DNA of 57,027 nt, the filler included, from Jimgerdemannia flammicorona (taxonomy: Eukaryota), in assembly GCA_003990765.1 (NCBI GenBank). It is 2 parts of 2 records of this genome, joined end to end, with 100 filler letters (N's around TTAATTAATTAA, not from the genome) between each part and the next. Parts side by side here need not be neighbours in the genome. Positions count along the whole stretch, not along the records: positions 28,565 to 57,027 come from RBNJ01000559.1; 1 more part is not named here. One strand, given 5' to 3'. A program made the position numbers and the translations under genes. The notes under the pieces were generated by a model. It was given only the letters and a program-made list of their open reading frames with translations, had not been told where the DNA came from and made no database searches. Each line of letters opens with the position of its first letter. Position 1 is the first letter of the stretch. Positions 52,001-57,027 of the stretch are shown in pieces.

Positions 52001-54178
52001 AATGGAATCAAAGTGGACACAAGCAAAATCTCTGTAATCAAAGATTGGCCCAGACCGAAGAAGCTGAAAGACCTCCAGTCATTCCTGGGATTAGCAAACT
52101 ATTACAGGCGATTTGTGGCCAACTTTGCTAAAATCGCTACTGCCCTCACCCAAATGACCAAGCACAACAAGAAATAAGAACAACTCTGGACTATGAAACA
52201 AGAGAAGAACTTCAACAATCTTGTACATTGGGGACCCGAACAAGACACCACCTTTCAAGCACTGAAAGATGCCCTGATAACCACACCAGTACTTTAAGCA
52301 GCAAACTCTGCCCTACCATATGAAGTCACCACTGATGCCTCTGACCTAGCTCTTGGAGCAGTGCTCATGCAAGAAGGACACCCTGTGGCCTATCACTCCC
52401 GCAAGTTCAACGATGCCGAAATCAACTACGCAACTCACGAGAAGGAAATGCTAGCCATCGTAGACACCCTGATCAAATGGCGACCATACTTAGAAGGAGC
52501 ACACTTCACTGTATTAACTGACCACAAGTCACTAGTCAACATCAAGACACAGGCTACCCTTTCTCGAAAGCAAGCTAGATGGATGAAAGTCCTCACCAAC
52601 TTTGACTACAAAATCCAGTACCGCTCTGGCAAGAAAAATACTGTTGCCGATGCAATCTCCAGACCACCAATCGAAGAGGTTATCCAAACTCTGACCCTGG
52701 TTACCAACACTATCATGGAACAAATCATCGCAGCATGTGTTGATGATAAAGAAGCTCAAGCACTCTGAGAAATCCTGAATAATGATGATGCTGACAAGTA
52801 TACCCGGTACAATCAATACCAACTCAAGGACGATACTATCTACTACAAGGACAGATTGTATGTTCTAAACAACCGGGACCTCCGAAGGACTATCCTATTT
52901 GAATGTCATAATGTCCCTACAGCTGGACATTTAGGATTTGACAAATGCTATGAAGTTATCTCCCGAAACTTCTATTGGCCCTACATGGCAGATTAGCTCA
53001 AAACCTACATCACTTCCTGTGATGCCTGCCAACGAAACAAGTCCTCAACACTAGCAAAACCCGGCTTACTTCACCCTATTCCAGTACCATCCGCAAATTG
53101 GGAACAAATCTCTATAGACTTCATTGTACAACTACTCCGAACCAAGAACGGAAAAGATGCAATTGTTGTCTTTGTGGACTATCTCAGCAAACAAGCCTAC
53201 TTTGTGCCTACTACCACTACTGCAACAGCACCAGACATAGCCACACTCTTGTTTGACAACATCTTCCGCTATCATGGTCTCCCCAAGATCATTGTTAGTG
53301 ACCGAGATCCGAAATTCACCAGCCACTTTTGGAAAGCCCTCCATGCACACCTTGGAACGAAACTTGCACTATCCACAGCCTTTCACCCTAAAACTGATGG
53401 CCAAACCGAAAGAATGAACCGAACTCTAGAACAAATGCTAAGAAACTATATCTCCTACAGACAAGATGATTGGCATGAACATCTCACTGCAGTCGAGTTT
53501 ACCTATAACAATAGCAAGCAAGCCTCTCTTGGAATGACCCCATTCTTCGCCAACACTGGACAAAATCCAAACACCCCTTTAACACTTGTCCGAACCACTG
53601 AAGAACCCTCCACAGTTGAAGCTGTTGAAGAATTCTTACTCCGAATGCGCAATCTAAGCCAGATCGCAATCAAGAATTTATCACGAGCTCAAGAACAACA
53701 GTTACAGTATGTTAACCAACACTGCCGAGAAGAAACTTTTGATATTGGAGAAAAAGTCCTACTAGACATCAGAGGATACCGAGTTGACAACCTCAAGCAC
53801 AGACCATCCACAAAGCTGAACAGCAAGTTCATTGGACCATTTGAAGTCATTGCACAAGTCTCTCCAACCTCCTACAAACTGGCACTACCAGACACCATTA
53901 AGATTCACCCAGTCTTTAATGTTCAACATCTAAAGCGATACAATGACAATGATGATGAGCTATTTCCAAATCGGACCACCAAACCACCTGCACCTGTCAT
54001 CATTAATGACCAAGAAGAGTATGAAGTTGAACAAATCCTCAACAAACGTGGAAACAAGAACCATCCTGAGTACCTTGTCAAATGGAAAGGTTATCCGATC
54101 CACGATACAACCTGGGAACCCAAGACCAATCTTCAAAATGCTACCAACCTAGTTCAGGAATATGATTCCTTGAACTAG
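49045..54178 (+). pseudogene. gag-dUTPase-PR-RT-RH-IN-chromodomain polyprotein (ancestrally one ORF)
   Basis: [14 protein letters not shown], dUTPase ~50120-50520, IDSGA, YIDD, HPKTDGQTER, GPF, chromodomain EEYEVEQIL...YLVKWKGY...TWEP. A 4-nt insertion near 49672 (absent in the minus copy) and a few stops break the frame. Confidence 0.95.
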
Positions 54179-54603
54179 AACCAAATACTCTGCACCTATC
54201 CATACATACTATATATTACCCTCCTGAACATTATAACTATTACGAACCAAATCAAGAACTCGGCAAAACAAGACAAGAATACCAACCCTCTGAAAAAATA
54301 GCAAAACTGAAAGCAAGCCTATTCTCCCTGTACCACTGGTGGGAAACAAGGCATAGACATTTAAGAAGATTCCTTAGAGGAAATTCTCCAGCAGTGAATG
54401 ACATCAGAATCACTTCTGGTGCACAGCATTGAACACACGACCCTTTAACATGTGAATCCAATGTATTAGGCAACTGTACTACAAGCATGCCACTTTCTGA
54501 GAAAATGGACCTTGCCGGACTTTTGACCTCCCAAATGGTGTAACAACACTAGAACAAATTAGAAGGCCCTGACAAGGATGTCGAAAGCTAAGAAGGGGAG
54601 AGT

Positions 54604-56675
54604 TGTAAGTGCATAACCTCCAAGCCACCGAAATCACATGTCACCCTTGGAACAAGCCACTGAAATCACACGTGACCTCTGAACAAATCTGGAAATCACC
54701 TGCTTGATCACAAAGCTGAGTCAAACCGAAGTTACAGCACACAAAGCTGAGTCAATACAAAGTCACAGAACATAAGATTTACACAAACAGAATCTTATCA
54801 ATCAGGACCAGATGTATATATACCGAGCACTGAGATGCGTCGAATCAGAGAACCAAAACAAATAACAACCACAACTTCCAAACACACAAACATGACCACT
54901 GAGATCTACAACCACATCCGTGCTGACATTTGGAATACCATTGTCAACCGAGCCACACCCCCTCTGCCCCTCATGAATAGCCATAGCCTGGCACCCCTCT
55001 ACTTTGTGGAAGCCCGATGGAATGCCCTGAACATACTTAGTGAGGCCCACTGAATCGGACAAATCTCAAGCTACTACCAGATCGGCTGCCTCCTGGAAGA
55101 TATGGTTGAACACCACCATGATACAGACATTACCCAGATGTTTCAACACCAGAAGCTCATCACCCGCAAACATCGAGAACTCTTCTATGAGTACAACACC
55201 TTTATTCCCTGCCTTCGAGTCACTACCAGCGAAATGGTTGCTACCCTGTCCTATGACCAAATCGATGACATGATACAAGAACTCAACCACAAGTACCTTG
55301 AGTACGTCCAGACCACAGATAGAACCTTTCTGCACCCTGATGACTATATCCTGCAAATGCCCCAAGTTGGATATGCTATGAAGGATGTCTATGATATAAT
55401 CCACTTCGACAAAGATGAAGTAGAAGACAATGATCTCTCTGATGCCAATATGATCTCTAGCCAAGGATCTCTGCCAACCCTGATCACACCACCAAACTTG
55501 CCAATGAACTTGCAACAGTTCATAACTGCATATGAGACTTATTGGGACAATGACCACTAGCATGAATACCAACCCGCATTCACCCCCGACTACTTCAACT
55601 ACAATGAAGAAATCAGAGAACACAACCTGTACCTCCAGATAACCCTCAAGATCGAACCAACCACTCTACCACCTGAGTGCGAGCGACATGAACCACAGCT
55701 ACCAGCTTACTACAATCCTGCAACTCATAGTACTGTAACCTATAGAAGGTATGCAGACAGTGAATCCGATGAAAGTGAAGACAATACACCCATCCTTCGC
55801 CCACCAATACCTTATCCAGCCTACGAGACAGACGATGCTATCCTATGAGATGGAGACAAAGTTCCAATATACTATTACCTCAGTAAACAAGGAGAAGTAA
55901 TCCGCGAACTATTATTCCTAGATGACTACTTCATCAGAGATGATGCAATCGATGGTGATGTCATCGAAGACTACCCAGACAGTGCCTAAACTCATAAATA
56001 GCCTAGCAGTTATAGTATAGTTAGATTAGCCTTGTATGACGTGACTGTGAACTGACTCAGCAGTCAGACAATCTTCTGATATATCAGATCACACTTGTAC
56101 TACGTGACTGCATTCCGACTCAGCAAAGCACTTAGTGCTACACCTATATTTAGCATAGTCCAGATAGCCCCTCACTAGTATAAATACCCCCTCCCCCAGA
56201 CCTCAGAATCTCAGACTTAAACAGACTCGAACACACAAGAACATTCCTGAATACTTCCCCATAATACCCCTTCACACAACTATTCCTAGTATAGCAATAT
56301 CATAAATAGCAAATAAACCTATTCCATAACTCACAAATCACTCTTAAGTAAATCTGCTCCCTGTTAGGTCCCACTCCTAACTCTGTCACGAAATTTCCTA
56401 ATTGGGTATTGTCTGCAGCGATATGCCAATTCGACTAAGCTGGTCTTAGTTTTTTGAACTTCCTGAAATACAGAAAATCCTGAACATCCAGAACTAGTCC
56501 GAAAAAGGACTTTGGTTGAGACATCAACCGAATCTTGAAATCAATAAGCGTAGAGGATGTACTCCATACGAAATTGATCTTGACCATAAGAAAACAATCT
56601 TCCAGAATATCCAGAACCTCCAGAAAACCCTTCCAGAACTATGTAACAGTTACCCTAAAAAGCAACCCTCTTACA
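54604..56675 (+). repeat. Family-2 3' LTR (2072 bp) with U3 ORF copy at 54892-55989
   Basis: TGTAAG...CTTACA; the 25 bp length difference from the 5' LTR is accounted for by 18-bp and 7-bp duplications in the latter. Confidence 0.95.
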
Positions 56676-57027
56676 ACTAGGTTCAGTGGTCTGTGATTCT
56701 TGGTGTTGAATTATTTTTACCTAAGTGCAGAGAATTTGGTAGTGAAGATGAGATTTTCTTTGGTTGATATATGTAATATATATCTCTTATAGTTCATAAA
56801 AACCTTGGCTCAGTAGTAGCTATCTCTGGAGAGATAATTCAGAAAATGTTCACTTGTAGCTTTAATAGATTCTTTAGTATATTTCTCATAAAAATAACTA
56901 CTGATTAATCTTTCAAATTCTTTTCTGATGTCTTTGATATGATCAACTTCTTTGTTGAGTATTATAAATATGTTAAATACTTTTTATATAGTCTTATTAT
57001 TGAGTTTGTCAAATTTCTCTTAGTTGA

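Larger units (their letters stand above)
45986..56675 (+). mobile_element. Full-length family-2 Ty3/Gypsy chromovirus (least decayed copy)
   Basis: Two ~2.1 kb LTRs, PBS, PPT AAGAAGGGGAGAG at 54590-54602, nearly intact gag-dUTPase-pol. Confidence 0.97.

Noticed and set aside
54240..54545. ~90-codon frame between the chromodomain and PPT (one TGA)
   Set aside because: No suitable AUG and only faint similarity to the family-1 equivalent; not enough to call a gene.

Overview
Eukaryotic, intron-rich fungal DNA; an early-diverging lineage such as Mucoromycota is my inference from gene and intron style. A ~14 kb CpG-rich gene island (CTR9, transketolase TKL1, mitochondrial tRNA-modification GTPase MSS1/mnmE, and an unnamed 7-TM membrane protein) lies between two blocks of decayed, CpG-depleted, nested retroelements. 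Two related Ty3/Gypsy chromovirus families dominate. Family 1 has ~750 bp LTRs (tandem copies at 1-10079; a nested copy at 40918-45985). Family 2 has ~2.0-2.1 kb LTRs (32852-40917 on -, 45986-56675 on +, an LTR end at 28087). Both encode gag-zinc knuckle-dUTPase-Cys/His motif-PR-RT-RH-IN-chromodomain. The main candidate novelty is an unnamed accessory protein that looks homologous between the families: it sits between pol and the PPT with its own TATA box in family 1, but wholly inside the LTR U3 in family 2. Both families also have a conserved, AUG-less ~270-285-codon frame fused in-frame upstream of gag. Also present: a third dUTPase-bearing Gypsy relic, an L1/Tx1-like LINE plus a 3' LINE fragment, a hAT relic and a 100-bp assembly gap. 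All translations and alignments were done by eye.
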